A stretch of DNA of 64,000 bases from Actinomycetes bacterium (GCA_030614255.1 JAUWKI010000004.1:4-64003), one strand, 5' to 3'; counted from the stretch's first letter, positions 38,100 through 48,519 are shown. Translations and numbers: made by a program. Notes: generated by a model from the sequence alone, not told the origin.

Positions 38100-38290
38100 A
38101 AAATCACTCCTTTGACCATTAACAATTTACATAAATCAGACTTCAGACACTAGGCTTCAGTTGCTTTGAAATTAATGGTCTTATTCTTAATCTCTACTTA
38201 ATTACTACCTAATCACAACTTAATCTCCTGTACATTTCCAACTTGCTTCTTAATCCTTACCGCTTAATCCTTTACCCTTTACCCTCTACT

Positions 38291-38449
38291 AATCAGTCGG
38301 TAGTCTCTTGGTGGGAAGTCGGTAGTTTGTCGGCCAGATTGCTGGTCTTATTACAACACTCCATACCCTGTTTGCCATCTGCCATAAGCCATCCGCCCCG
38401 CCACCTGCCCGCCAATGCCTAACGGCATCATAGGCGTAGGTAGGCGGGG
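38291..38449. repeat. Composite repeat element D-A-B (AGTCGGTAG module, GCCATCTGCCATAAGCC module, CCTGCCCGCC...GGCGGG hairpin module)
   Basis: Near-identical to the inverted copy at 60876-61018. Confidence 0.7.
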
Positions 38450-38478
38450 AGGCGAGCAAGCATCTGTCATTTACAATA

Positions 38479-38787
38479 TTATGTCAAGCCCGGTATACCC
38501 ATGCCACCCGCAACACTGTTAAGTCTTTGTGAAGCCAAGTCTCTGCTCTGCTCAAGAGCTTCATTGGCCGCGGCAAGAACCAAGTCTTGAAGCATTTCTA
38601 CATCGTCAGAATCTACAACGCTTGGATCGATTTTTACTTCAAGCAATTCTTGCTTTCCGTTCACTACAACCCTGACAACTCCCCCTCCGGCACTCGCTTC
38701 CACTTGCTTCTCGGCTAGCTCTTCCTGAATTTTGGCCATCTCTTGCTGCATTTTTTTGGCCTGCTTCATCAGCTTACCCATATCCAT
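38479..38787 (-). CDS. ybaB: YbaB/EbfC nucleoid-associated protein
   Basis: 102 aa. MQQEMAKIQEEL pattern. Confidence 0.85.
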   Translation of the reverse strand: MDMGKLMKQAKKMQQEMAKIQEELAEKQVEASAGGGVVRVVVNGKQELLEVKIDPSVVDSDDVEMLQDLVLAAANEALEQSRDLASQRLNSVAGGMGIPGLT

Positions 38788-38841
38788 AAATTCATCTCTC
38801 CTTTATCGATTAAAAACCTCTATTAACAAACTATCGTGTTC

Positions 38842-40632
38842 TCATTCTTTACCAAGATCGCTTTCCTCTGTGATTTCCGCATCGAAGTCTCTCTGCACAA
38901 GCTCGATGATATTTTCGCTATCGAGTACTTTATCGTCTTCTTTTTCTGCCTCCGCCTGAATTGGTTCCCCACCCGTATCCAAAACACAATTTATTCTAAT
39001 CTTAAATCCTAAAACCTCTTCTAAGGATTCCCTCACAAGTTCAAGGTTTTGGACTTTTTCAATCTCGCTTTTATGAAAACCTGCTTTCTGATTGAACTTG
39101 AGAGTCAATTTTGAGTCCTCAATCCCGACCGGTTGGCACTCAAGCAAGAGGGCGTAGGTGGATATCTTCTTCTTCTTAACTTTGTCTAAAATTATGGGCC
39201 AGGCACGTTTTACTCTGTCGGAATCCGTCGAACCACCAGCCGTATCTAATTTCTGACGCTTGATTTCTTTATCTTCTTTCTTCTCTTTTGCGTCCTTTGA
39301 TTTTAAATCAACATCGTCTGATTTTCCGCTCCTTTTCTTCTCCGCATCCTCTGATTTCTTATGTTCGTTCTGGCTTTTAATATGTGTATGCTCAATTTTT
39401 TTCTTTTCCTTAATTGAGACCGGCTCCACAGTTTTTTCTACATTTGAACTCTCTGTTCTCATCTTAACAGTTTTAATTTCTTGCCCTTCAACTAACCCTT
39501 CAATCTTCTCAACCCTGCGGGACAACCCCTCCATAGATAGGTCTGTTTCCGGCCTTGTAAGTTTTACTAAAGTCATCTCCAGCACAAGTCTTGCATCAGG
39601 ATTCCAGCGCATTTGACCGTGAGCTATGCTTAAGACATCTAGAAATCGCATAAGTTCAGTGTTCTGGAAACGAGTAGCTTGAGCTTCCATCTTGGCAAAA
39701 ACCTCTGGCGTTGCATTGATTATTTCGCTTGCCATTTCGGAGTTTTTGATTACAAAAAGAGCCCGAACATATTCGATTAAATCCTTAGCAAACTGCTTGG
39801 GGTCCCTGCCACTTACAACCAACTTCTCGATACACTCGAAAGCGGAGGCGACATCCTCTTTGCCTAAAATTTCCACAACATCGAAAAGAAGTTCCCTATC
39901 AGACATTCCCAATAGAGTAATTACATCTTGGGCTTTTATATTCTTTCCTGTAAAAGAGGCCAGTTGGTCCAGGGTACCTAGAGCATCCCGCAAACTGCCC
40001 TGAGCATGTCTAGCAATTAACGGCAGGGCCGTTTCCTCTACCTTGATGTCCTCAGTTTTAGCTACAAATAACAACCTTGTTACCATGTCGGATGTTAGAA
40101 TTCGCTTAAAATCAAATCGCTGACAGCGAGATAAAATGGTAGGCAAAACTTTGTGTGGCTCGGTTGTGGCTAAAACGAAGATTACGTGAGAAGGAGGCTC
40201 CTCCAGTGTTTTAAGAAGTGCGTTGAATGCTTCAGGAGTAAGCATATGCACTTCATCTATTATGTAGACCTTCATGTGCCCTTCGGTGGGCGAGAAATGA
40301 ACTTTTTCTCTAAGATCGCGAATCTCATCAATCCCGCGGTTAGAAGCAGCATCTATCTCGAGGACATCGAGAAAGCTTCCGTTATTAATCTGGTTACAAG
40401 CATCACATTTATTACAAGGGGTCGGGGTGGGAGCATCTTTGCAATTAACCACCTTCGCTAAAATCTTGGCCACACTAGTCTTTCCGGTTCCTCTCGGGCC
40501 ACAAAAAAGATAGGCATGAGATATTTTGCTCTGCTTAACTGCATTAGAAAGCGTGTGTGTGATGTGCTCCTGGCCAACCACTTCCTCAAGTGTTTGAGGT
40601 CGATATTTTCTATAAAGAGAGATATAAGCCAC
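38842..40632 (-). CDS. dnaX: DNA polymerase III subunits gamma/tau
   Basis: YRPQTLEEVVGQ, GPRGTGKTS Walker A, zinc module CNKCDAC. Confidence 0.9.
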   Translation of the reverse strand: MAYISLYRKYRPQTLEEVVGQEHITHTLSNAVKQSKISHAYLFCGPRGTGKTSVAKILAKVVNCKDAPTPTPCNKCDACNQINNGSFLDVLEIDAASNRGIDEIRDLREKVHFSPTEGHMKVYIIDEVHMLTPEAFNALLKTLEEPPSHVIFVLATTEPHKVLPTILSRCQRFDFKRILTSDMVTRLLFVAKTEDIKVEETALPLIARHAQGSLRDALGTLDQLASFTGKNIKAQDVITLLGMSDRELLFDVVEILGKEDVASAFECIEKLVVSGRDPKQFAKDLIEYVRALFVIKNSEMASEIINATPEVFAKMEAQATRFQNTELMRFLDVLSIAHGQMRWNPDARLVLEMTLVKLTRPETDLSMEGLSRRVEKIEGLVEGQEIKTVKMRTESSNVEKTVEPVSIKEKKKIEHTHIKSQNEHKKSEDAEKKRSGKSDDVDLKSKDAKEKKEDKEIKRQKLDTAGGSTDSDRVKRAWPIILDKVKKKKISTYALLLECQPVGIEDSKLTLKFNQKAGFHKSEIEKVQNLELVRESLEEVLGFKIRINCVLDTGGEPIQAEAEKEDDKVLDSENIIELVQRDFDAEITEESDLGKE

Positions 40633-40720
40633 CTAGATTTTTACACCACCTAAAAGAGGATACTTTAACAAAAGATAGCATAAACAAACCAAAAATTCAT
40701 CCACCACTCAAAGCAAAAAA

Positions 40721-41926
40721 TTACTTAGGCGGCATAAAAAGGATAAATAAAATTGCCGCCGATAAAGCCATCACACCACCGTAAATGAAAGGCGCCGACG
40801 GTCCGATGTATGTCCAAAGTAAGCCCGCAATCAAGCTGGCTGCAAATGTTACCAACCCAACCGCTGTATGATAAAGACCCAGTGCAGTGCCCCTTTTTTC
40901 CGGTTGCGCCATGTCAGTTACCAGGGCCCTGCTTACACCCTCTGTAGCTGCGATATACACACCATATACGGCAAAAAGCGGCCAGATATAGCTGGACTTA
41001 GATATAAAAGCGAGGGCAAAATAAACGCCGGAAAACACCAAAAAACCGCCGACCATAAGTCTCTTTCTTCCCACTCTGTCCGAAAGCACGCCTGCTGGAG
41101 TTGAAAAAGCTGCGTAAACCACATTGTAGAGGACATAGGCCAAAACAACCAAGGTAGCCGAAAGCCCCAGATTCTTTGCTCTAAGAATCAGAAAAGCGTC
41201 GCTGGAGTTGCCGAGCCCAAAAACAACTATGATTAAAAGGAGCGTTTTAAAATTCTTGTCAAAGCCGGCCAAGCTTAAACGCGGCGCTTCTTTCGAGCCA
41301 GAAACATGCTTTTTTTTCTCTTTCACAAAGAAAAAGAGAAGAGCAACACCTAAGACAGCCGGAAAGAAAGAAAGCAAAAAAATCAATCGATATTGTTCCT
41401 TTAAGACCACCATCAAAACCAAAGCAATTAGGGGGCCAATGACCGCACCAGTTGAATCCATCGCCCTGTGAAGACCAAACGCTTTCCCCCGATTGGCGGA
41501 GTCTGTCTCATCGGCAATTAGAGCATCCCTCGCCGAGGTTCTAACCCCTTTCCCCAAACGGTCTATAAAGCGAGCCATTAAAACCGTGGGCCAGACGAAG
41601 GCCACCCCTAAAAGAAGTTTTCCTAAGGCGGAAAGAGAATACCCTCCCAATACAAATGGTTTTCTTCTCTCAAGCTTATCCGAAAGCCAGCCGGAAAAAG
41701 TTTTTAAAATGCTCGCGGTGCTCTCCGCAAAGCCTTCAATTAAGCCGACAATTGCAACTGGCGCCCCCAAAACGCTGGTCAAGAAAATAGGAACAAGAGG
41801 ATATATCATCTCGCTGCTTATATCCGTAAAGAGGCTGACTAACCCTAGAACAAAGACATTCTTTTTTATGCCGGGAATTAAAAAATCTCTTTCTTTGTTC
41901 TCCACTTCAACTCCCCAATCACGCAT
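40721..41926 (-). CDS. MFS transporter
   Basis: 12-TM pattern. GKxxDRxGRK-like loop motifs. Confidence 0.8.
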   Translation of the reverse strand: MRDWGVEVENKERDFLIPGIKKNVFVLGLVSLFTDISSEMIYPLVPIFLTSVLGAPVAIVGLIEGFAESTASILKTFSGWLSDKLERRKPFVLGGYSLSALGKLLLGVAFVWPTVLMARFIDRLGKGVRTSARDALIADETDSANRGKAFGLHRAMDSTGAVIGPLIALVLMVVLKEQYRLIFLLSFFPAVLGVALLFFFVKEKKKHVSGSKEAPRLSLAGFDKNFKTLLLIIVVFGLGNSSDAFLILRAKNLGLSATLVVLAYVLYNVVYAAFSTPAGVLSDRVGRKRLMVGGFLVFSGVYFALAFISKSSYIWPLFAVYGVYIAATEGVSRALVTDMAQPEKRGTALGLYHTAVGLVTFAASLIAGLLWTYIGPSAPFIYGGVMALSAAILFILFMPPK

Positions 41927-42241
41927 TTAAAAAATTCTGACGAAGCAGTATCGTTGAATAAAACATTGTAATCTTTTTAAAATTATGCTATTAATTTGTC
42001 TAGCTTATTATAGAGCAACCCGAAGGTTGTAGCTTTGTAAATTAGAACTTTTTCCGAAATTAGGCCACGAAGGTCTTAACCAGCTCAAAAGCTGGATGAG
42101 ATTTTTGTGGTCTTTTTTATTTGGTAACAATTATCGAAAACTGTTTTGTTTACCAAGGAGGTGAAAATCAAAAAGCTAAATTCGGACTTAAGCTTGCAAT
42201 GTTGTTAATATAAATAAAAATCTGAAAGGAGCGCAATCTAC

Positions 42242-43942
42242 GTGAAATATAAAAAAAGATTGGTAAAAATAATCGGCATTATACTTTCTGTGGCTTTCAT
42301 CATGCCCCTTCTGAGCGGCTGTTCGGAAAAGAAGGATGTCGCAAAATTAGAATCGGTTCTATTTACCAGAACGGGAGCAGTTCTTGTTTTAAGCGAAGCG
42401 CGCGATGTCTCAGAAGTTAAAGTAGCCGACAAAAAGGTTGATTTCACTCAGCCAAACACAATGACCATACTGGCCTCCTTCGAATGGGAACCAAGTAAGA
42501 AATGCGCCATCACGATAAAATCAGAGGAAGGAGTAATAAATGAGGAGACCGTGTCCCCAAAGAAACCTTCCGCCTATAAGCTTGGGGAAGCAAAACTTGG
42601 CTCCTTAGAAAAATTTCCCCAGGTAGAAAGCTGGAAAGATGTTCCTTCCGAGGAAACAATCATTTCACCGGATGGAAAATATATCGCGATGGCAAGTTTC
42701 GACGGGAAGTTCTACGTCTTCGACAACGCCGGAAAGAAGCTCTGGAACTACCAGGTTCCCGACGGAGTCGGCAAAAAGGTTGCTTTCTCTGGCAACGGCG
42801 AGATACTTCTCGCTGGCGAAGCAAGCGCCGATGGTTATCTTTATGCTTTCAACACCAAAACCGGTGAAGAGATTTGGAAATATAAAGTATCAGATGACGT
42901 GGGAACGAGCACCGACAGCTACTGGTACTACCGCCCCATGATTTATAGTCTGACCGTTTCAGGAGATACGGCTTTCGCCGCGGGACAACTGAAACAAAAA
43001 GAAAAAAAGATGGTGGAAGACAAAGAAGTAACCGTTTACAAAACCAAGTGCTTCATCTACGCGTTTGATGTGGAATCCGGCAAAACAAAGTGGCGGTTCC
43101 CAGAAGACGAACCCATGGATACAGGCGTACCGAAGGTGGTAGCCACCCCGGATGGAAACAAGGTGATGTTCGTCAATCAGAGCTGGAACTACGGCGCTGT
43201 TCAGGAAAAATATCCTGATGGCACAATCCGTCTCTTAAACGGAGAAACCGGAAAGGAAATGGCCGCCTACAAGGTCGATGCCCTGGAGCCATACTTTAAA
43301 TTCGTGGGAATTTGGGATGGTATCTGCATCTCTCCAGACGGCAATCATTTCACGGCCATGGCAGGAGATGGAAGAGGATTTCTCTTCGACTTAACTAAAG
43401 CGAAAGAGACCAGCGAGCTCAGGCTCGTGTGGATGAAGGAAATTTCCAAGATTCAGGAGGTAAGCGGGGTTCCCATTTATGCCTATGGCAACGGCACCCA
43501 TGTGGACAATGAGGGCAACGCCGTCTTTGCCACCAGCGTCACTTACTCCGCGGATAAGACAAAATGTTCCGGTACACCGCCTGCGGTTCATCCGGACGCC
43601 ACAACCATATTTGCCTATTCCAATGAAGGGAAACTTCAGTGGAAATGGAAAGCCGAGGGGAAAATCGGTTGTCCGCTATTCTCTCAAGATAATCGATACA
43701 TGGTGGTTGGAGTGGCTCATGACTGGGTAAGTCAAAACAAAGACATGGCCGGCGTGCAGTGCTTCGACCTAACAAAAGAAGGCAACGCTAGCGACAAATT
43801 GTGCTGGTTCTATCCCGTGGAGGGCATCTGCGCCATTGCCACAATTTCAAACAACGGAGAGAGCATCGCCGCAATTGAAGCGCCAATTCAAATGGAAGAT
43901 AAGAGTATAAGTGGAAATCACAAAATCCATTTCGTTAGGTAG
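42242..43942 (+). CDS. PQQ-like beta-propeller repeat lipoprotein
   Basis: Lipobox LLSGC after signal peptide. Repeated G..Y.FD...G..LW motifs typical of PQQ/BamB-like propellers. GTG start with AAAGGAG RBS. Confidence 0.6.
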   Translation: MKYKKRLVKIIGIILSVAFIMPLLSGCSEKKDVAKLESVLFTRTGAVLVLSEARDVSEVKVADKKVDFTQPNTMTILASFEWEPSKKCAITIKSEEGVINEETVSPKKPSAYKLGEAKLGSLEKFPQVESWKDVPSEETIISPDGKYIAMASFDGKFYVFDNAGKKLWNYQVPDGVGKKVAFSGNGEILLAGEASADGYLYAFNTKTGEEIWKYKVSDDVGTSTDSYWYYRPMIYSLTVSGDTAFAAGQLKQKEKKMVEDKEVTVYKTKCFIYAFDVESGKTKWRFPEDEPMDTGVPKVVATPDGNKVMFVNQSWNYGAVQEKYPDGTIRLLNGETGKEMAAYKVDALEPYFKFVGIWDGICISPDGNHFTAMAGDGRGFLFDLTKAKETSELRLVWMKEISKIQEVSGVPIYAYGNGTHVDNEGNAVFATSVTYSADKTKCSGTPPAVHPDATTIFAYSNEGKLQWKWKAEGKIGCPLFSQDNRYMVVGVAHDWVSQNKDMAGVQCFDLTKEGNASDKLCWFYPVEGICAIATISNNGESIAAIEAPIQMEDKSISGNHKIHFVR

Positions 43943-43954
43943 TGCGACCCATTT

Positions 43955-44005
43955 TGAGAGAAGAGGAACCATCATATCCATTTCCTCTTCTCTCGATTTC
44001 TTTTA
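43955..44005 (+). terminator. Rho-independent terminator after the propeller lipoprotein gene
   Basis: 13-bp perfect stem GAGAGAAGAGGAA/TTCCTCTTCTCTC followed by a T-rich tract. Confidence 0.6.
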
Positions 44006-44026
44006 ATGTGAAAAGGTTGGAGGCTT

Positions 44027-45943
44027 GTGAGAAAACTCAAAATAATTCTCATTTTAGTTCTGGTTGTCTTTTTATTTTCGGGTTGCCAGGGTAAAGGGGA
44101 GAAAGATTTAAAAATAAAAACTGTTGAGTTTGGACACCATAGGGCCGTAATTGAGCTTTCAAGAGAAACCCCAATATCCTCGGTGAGCGTTTTTGACCAG
44201 GATGGATCGCTCATAACCACAGTCACCATTGGTTCAGAAGTTTCAAAACAAGCCATCCTCTTTTTTGATTGGGAGGAGGCTCGGCCTTACTTATTCCAAA
44301 TCAATCTCAAGAACGGAAATATGATAGAAAAAGAGGTAAAATCTCCGGCCAAGCCGACCTCCGTTGCTAAATTCTGTATTCAGGCCCCCTACGGAATGAG
44401 AGAAAGCGACGAGAGGAGCCTTGTTGCCAAAGGAAGCAAAGTCACGGCCACCGTTTTTTTAGAAAGTTACTCCGGCAATCCTCTGCAAGCAAGCGTAAAA
44501 CTGACTTTGCCAAAAGAGTTCAAGCTGGTTCGAACACCTTCAATTTTTAAGGCAAAAGAGACGAGAGAAGGTCACATCCTTACGGCCGAATGCAAACTGG
44601 TAACAGAATTTGACAATTTCAACGAATTGCTGGAATTTGAGGTGCTGTCCACTCTCGCCGAAGACATCTACAAAATCGAGGGAGAAGCCACCGTTGAAGA
44701 AATAATAAACGGCGAGCGCAAGGTCACGCAGTTCCAAAAAGAAAAAGAACTGCGCGTAATCTCTTTAAAAGAGGCGAAGAACCTGGCTCATATAGCTGGA
44801 ATCAAAGTACCCACCAATGACGAGGGAGATTTTGATTCTCGTAAGAAAGAAAATACCCTGGCCCTAAGCGTAGATGGTAACAATTTCTTAAAAAGAATCC
44901 TTGGAACCGGCAACAAAGAGATTGATTACCTCGAGCACCCCCTTGCCTTTGCCACCACCACGGTCAGGAATGAAAATCAAGATAACGTGGTCTTTCTTGT
45001 AACATCCAAAGTGCTGGACCCCAAGACAAAAAAGATAGCCCAGGCCTTTCGGGTTCCTCCCAACAAAAGCGGTGGCACAGGAGTGAGTTACGCCGTAGTT
45101 TCGGTGCCCGGGAAATCGGAAGCAAAAGCAACCCTTCCTATTTATGTCAATGAAGCTGAGGTCTTGGGGGGTAAATATATTTTGGAGAGCGAAATTAAAA
45201 TATTCGGGACAGACAAAGCCATCTCTAAAAAACAAAAAGAGATCGATGTCATCACCAGAAACCCAGTCCCCGGGCTCATCACCCTCGCCGCTTTTTTAAT
45301 CACGGTGATAGGGCTTGGATATCTTGCAATTTGTCAAAAGGCATTTTTTAAAGGATTTAAGACCAAATGGCTGGTAATAATAGCTCTTTTTGGCACGGCC
45401 ACTTTCATTACGGTCAATGTGCCCGGCACCCTCCTTTGGGACTTCCTCCATGTCATCCTGGGCCCCTTTAGCTTCTTAATCACGGGAATCTTTTATGAAA
45501 TTATTCTTTACGCTCTCATCATGTCTCTTGTGGTCCTCATTCCCAGGCCGGGAGTGGTGACCCTCGCTTTGGGTGTAAGTTTTCTTTTAGGAGGAGTGGT
45601 GCTCGGCAATTTTAGCCCCGTCACCCTCATGTGGAAAGCATCTCTGATTTTTTTGCTCGAGACCACCCTATATCTCTTTGGCGTGACCAGGAAAAACGGC
45701 ATTCTGACGGATATCGGCGCGGAAAAGAGATGGCGCGTTCTCGCCACGGCGGGAATTGCCTGCGCGTTGGCTGATACCCTTTCCGTTTACATAAATTTCG
45801 GCACCACGATATTTTTATACAGACTTTACTACGCGACCTGGTACATTCATACTTATGCGGTAATCGATGGCTTCTTATACACCCTGGTGGGCGCCTTGGT
45901 GGGAACAAGATTAGGATTCAGTTTAAGAAAAATTATAGAATAG
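44027..45943 (+). CDS. Lipoprotein with ~400-aa extracytoplasmic domain fused to a C-terminal ~6-TM domain (candidate substrate-capture S-component of the downstream ECF transporter)
   Basis: Lipobox FSGC. C-terminal ~230 aa strongly hydrophobic with about 6 helices. Immediately upstream of the EcfA/EcfT genes. Confidence 0.45.
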   Translation: MRKLKIILILVLVVFLFSGCQGKGEKDLKIKTVEFGHHRAVIELSRETPISSVSVFDQDGSLITTVTIGSEVSKQAILFFDWEEARPYLFQINLKNGNMIEKEVKSPAKPTSVAKFCIQAPYGMRESDERSLVAKGSKVTATVFLESYSGNPLQASVKLTLPKEFKLVRTPSIFKAKETREGHILTAECKLVTEFDNFNELLEFEVLSTLAEDIYKIEGEATVEEIINGERKVTQFQKEKELRVISLKEAKNLAHIAGIKVPTNDEGDFDSRKKENTLALSVDGNNFLKRILGTGNKEIDYLEHPLAFATTTVRNENQDNVVFLVTSKVLDPKTKKIAQAFRVPPNKSGGTGVSYAVVSVPGKSEAKATLPIYVNEAEVLGGKYILESEIKIFGTDKAISKKQKEIDVITRNPVPGLITLAAFLITVIGLGYLAICQKAFFKGFKTKWLVIIALFGTATFITVNVPGTLLWDFLHVILGPFSFLITGIFYEIILYALIMSLVVLIPRPGVVTLALGVSFLLGGVVLGNFSPVTLMWKASLIFLLETTLYLFGVTRKNGILTDIGAEKRWRVLATAGIACALADTLSVYINFGTTIFLYRLYYATWYIHTYAVIDGFLYTLVGALVGTRLGFSLRKIIE

Positions 45944-45952
45944 GTGTTTTAA

Positions 45953-47647
45953 ATGAGAGGTTCTTTATCCATTGACAATTTAAAATTCACATACACAGGC
46001 AGAGAAAAACCGACCATCAAAGGAATTAACTTGAGCGTTCAGCCAGGGGAGTTCGTGCTGCTTACAGGCCCCACAGGTTGTGGCAAGAGTACTTTGCTTA
46101 AAACCTTAAACGGCATCATCCCTCATCAATCAGGAGGGAAGATGGAGGGAACCGTTAAAGTAAACGGCTTGGATACCAATACCGCCGAGATGCAAGACAT
46201 TTGTAAACAAGTGGGCATGGTCTTCCAAAGCCCGGACGACCAGCTCTTTTCAACCGTCATCGAGGACGAAGTGGCCTTCGGCCTGGAAAATCTGTGCCTT
46301 GGTAAAAACGAAATAGATAGAGGCATCGACTTGGCTCTTCGGAAAGTGGGTATGAAAAACCTGCGTCAAGCTCAGATAGGCACTCTTTCGGGAGGACAAA
46401 AGCAAAGGGTGGCCATAGCATCGGTTCTGGCCATGGAGCCCCGCATCCTCGCTTTAGATGAACCCCTAAGCCAATTGGACCCCGTGGGAGCCAAAGAAGT
46501 TTTAGATGTCATAAAGCGGCTCAATGTAGAGCAAAACATCACGGTGATTTTAGTCGAGCACAGGATTCACGAGATAGCGCATATGGCCTCTCGCATCCTC
46601 GTGATGGATGAAGGGAAATTGGTTCTCGATAAGCCCACAGGAAAAGCCTTTGCCAAGCTCGAGATATTCGAAAAACTGGGCCTGAGGGTCCCTGAGCCCA
46701 TTAAACTCTTCTGCGCTCTCGGTTTCTCGGAAAGACCGTTGACAAACAAGCAAGCGATAGAGACGGTGCAAGATAGGATTGAAAACGGCTTCCTCAAAAA
46801 AATAACGAGCGTTAACCGCGATAGACTTCCCCGGAGGCTGGGAAATGAGGTCGTCTCAGCAAAAGATGTTTCTTTCTCTTATTCGAAGAAGGGAGAGTGT
46901 GTTCTTAAAAATATCGACCTAAGCATCAGGGAAGGTGAAGTAGTGGCCCTCATGGGAAGCAACGGCTCCGGCAAAACCACCCTTCTTCTTCACTTGGCGG
47001 CCATACTTAAACCGTCTTCGGGAAGGATTGAGGTATTTAACGCGGATACTTGCAAAATTAGCCCCTACTCTTTAGCAAGCCAAGTAGGGGTGGTATTCCA
47101 AAATCCGGACCTTATGCTTCTTTCTGATACCGTTTGGGGTGAAGCGATGTTTGGTCCCCAGAATCTCCACCTGGAAAAGGCGGATGAGCTAGCCAGGCAA
47201 TCTTTGGAGGCAATGTCCATCGGGAAGTTAATGACCGACTCCCCCCTTGCTTTAAGCCGGGGCCAAAGGCTTCGGACTGCCGTGGCCTCCATCATTTCGA
47301 TGCAACCGAAGTTAATTCTCTTAGACGAACCCACCACAGGACAAGACAGGATCCACATTGAAGAGATGATGGCCTACTTGATCCCAAAGGACGGGGGAAA
47401 GACCGTCGTCTTTTGCACCCACGATGTCCAAACGGCGATACGATACGCCGATACCATCTTGGTTATGGATAAGGGAGTTATAGCTCAGGGTTCGCCGGAA
47501 AGTGTCTTTGAACAGGAAGACATCTTACGCCGAGCAAACTTAAGCGCCCCCGACTCTTACCACATCGCCAAAAAACTGGGCCTTGAGTCAATCTTTATGG
47601 TAGAAGAACTGGAGGATACGCTCAAATGTTTAATACTGCCTCACTGA
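45953..47647 (+). CDS. ECF-type (CbiO-like) transporter ATPase, duplicated A1-A2 fusion
   Basis: Two Walker A motifs (GPTGCGKST, GSNGSGKTT) and two ABC signatures (LSGGQKQR, LSRGQRLR). Confidence 0.85.
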   Translation: MRGSLSIDNLKFTYTGREKPTIKGINLSVQPGEFVLLTGPTGCGKSTLLKTLNGIIPHQSGGKMEGTVKVNGLDTNTAEMQDICKQVGMVFQSPDDQLFSTVIEDEVAFGLENLCLGKNEIDRGIDLALRKVGMKNLRQAQIGTLSGGQKQRVAIASVLAMEPRILALDEPLSQLDPVGAKEVLDVIKRLNVEQNITVILVEHRIHEIAHMASRILVMDEGKLVLDKPTGKAFAKLEIFEKLGLRVPEPIKLFCALGFSERPLTNKQAIETVQDRIENGFLKKITSVNRDRLPRRLGNEVVSAKDVSFSYSKKGECVLKNIDLSIREGEVVALMGSNGSGKTTLLLHLAAILKPSSGRIEVFNADTCKISPYSLASQVGVVFQNPDLMLLSDTVWGEAMFGPQNLHLEKADELARQSLEAMSIGKLMTDSPLALSRGQRLRTAVASIISMQPKLILLDEPTTGQDRIHIEEMMAYLIPKDGGKTVVFCTHDVQTAIRYADTILVMDKGVIAQGSPESVFEQEDILRRANLSAPDSYHIAKKLGLESIFMVEELEDTLKCLILPH

Positions 47648-48519
47648 TCCAACCATCCATAAAAAAAACGTTCATCCATCGAATCGACCCCCGGGCAAAG
47701 ATAACTTTCTTGCTCTGCGCGTCGATTCTTGCGGTTAGTCTCGACAAACCGAAATCGCTCTTTATCCTATTTATGGTCGCCATTTCATCTTGCATATTCG
47801 CCAAACTGCCTTGGGACAAGGTAGGGTTGCTGGCTATCTTCGTGATTTTGGGAATGTGGGGGACGATGTTCAGTCAAGCCCTGTTCTACGCGGGACACCC
47901 CCGAACAATAATTTTCGTCCTCATCTCCTCAAAGACACCTATTTTGGGAGCCATAACCGATGGACTTTACGTCTACCGGGAGGGCTTCATCCACGGCGCC
48001 GTTCAAGCGCTGCGTTTCTCTTCGATGATTTGCCTGGGATTGCTCACATGCTGGACCACCGAGCCCCGTGATTTGCTTACAGGGTTGGTGAAGTTAAAAA
48101 TCCCTTACAATTTCGCTTTCATGACGATAACCGCTTTAAGGTTCATACCTACGGTGCTTACCGAGACCAAGACGGTGATTGCTGTGGAAAGACTGAAAGG
48201 TTTTAAACCCACCAAGGTGGGAATATTCTCTTCGCTTAAAACGGCGGTCTCCACCTTGCGCCCCATCTTGGCAAACTCCGTCCGCCGGGCAAGCACCCTG
48301 GCACTATCCATAGAGAGTAGAGCGTTTAACCCAACGGCTCCCCGAAGCCACTTGAGAGACCTCCGATATAAATTCAGCGATTTTCTAATTACGGGAGGGG
48401 CAATCTCGGGAAGTTTGGCGGTAGCCACGATTAAAATAATGTATTTGCTTTATATAAACGAGATATTTTATTCATCTTCTTTAAGACATATATATCAGTT
48501 GGCGGGAAAGGTCCTGTAA
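47626..48519 (+). CDS. ECF transporter transmembrane T component (EcfT/CbiQ family)
   Basis: Multi-TM protein overlapping the ATPase stop. CbiQ-like length and topology. Confidence 0.7.
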   Translation: MFNTASLIQPSIKKTFIHRIDPRAKITFLLCASILAVSLDKPKSLFILFMVAISSCIFAKLPWDKVGLLAIFVILGMWGTMFSQALFYAGHPRTIIFVLISSKTPILGAITDGLYVYREGFIHGAVQALRFSSMICLGLLTCWTTEPRDLLTGLVKLKIPYNFAFMTITALRFIPTVLTETKTVIAVERLKGFKPTKVGIFSSLKTAVSTLRPILANSVRRASTLALSIESRAFNPTAPRSHLRDLRYKFSDFLITGGAISGSLAVATIKIMYLLYINEIFYSSSLRHIYQLAGKVL

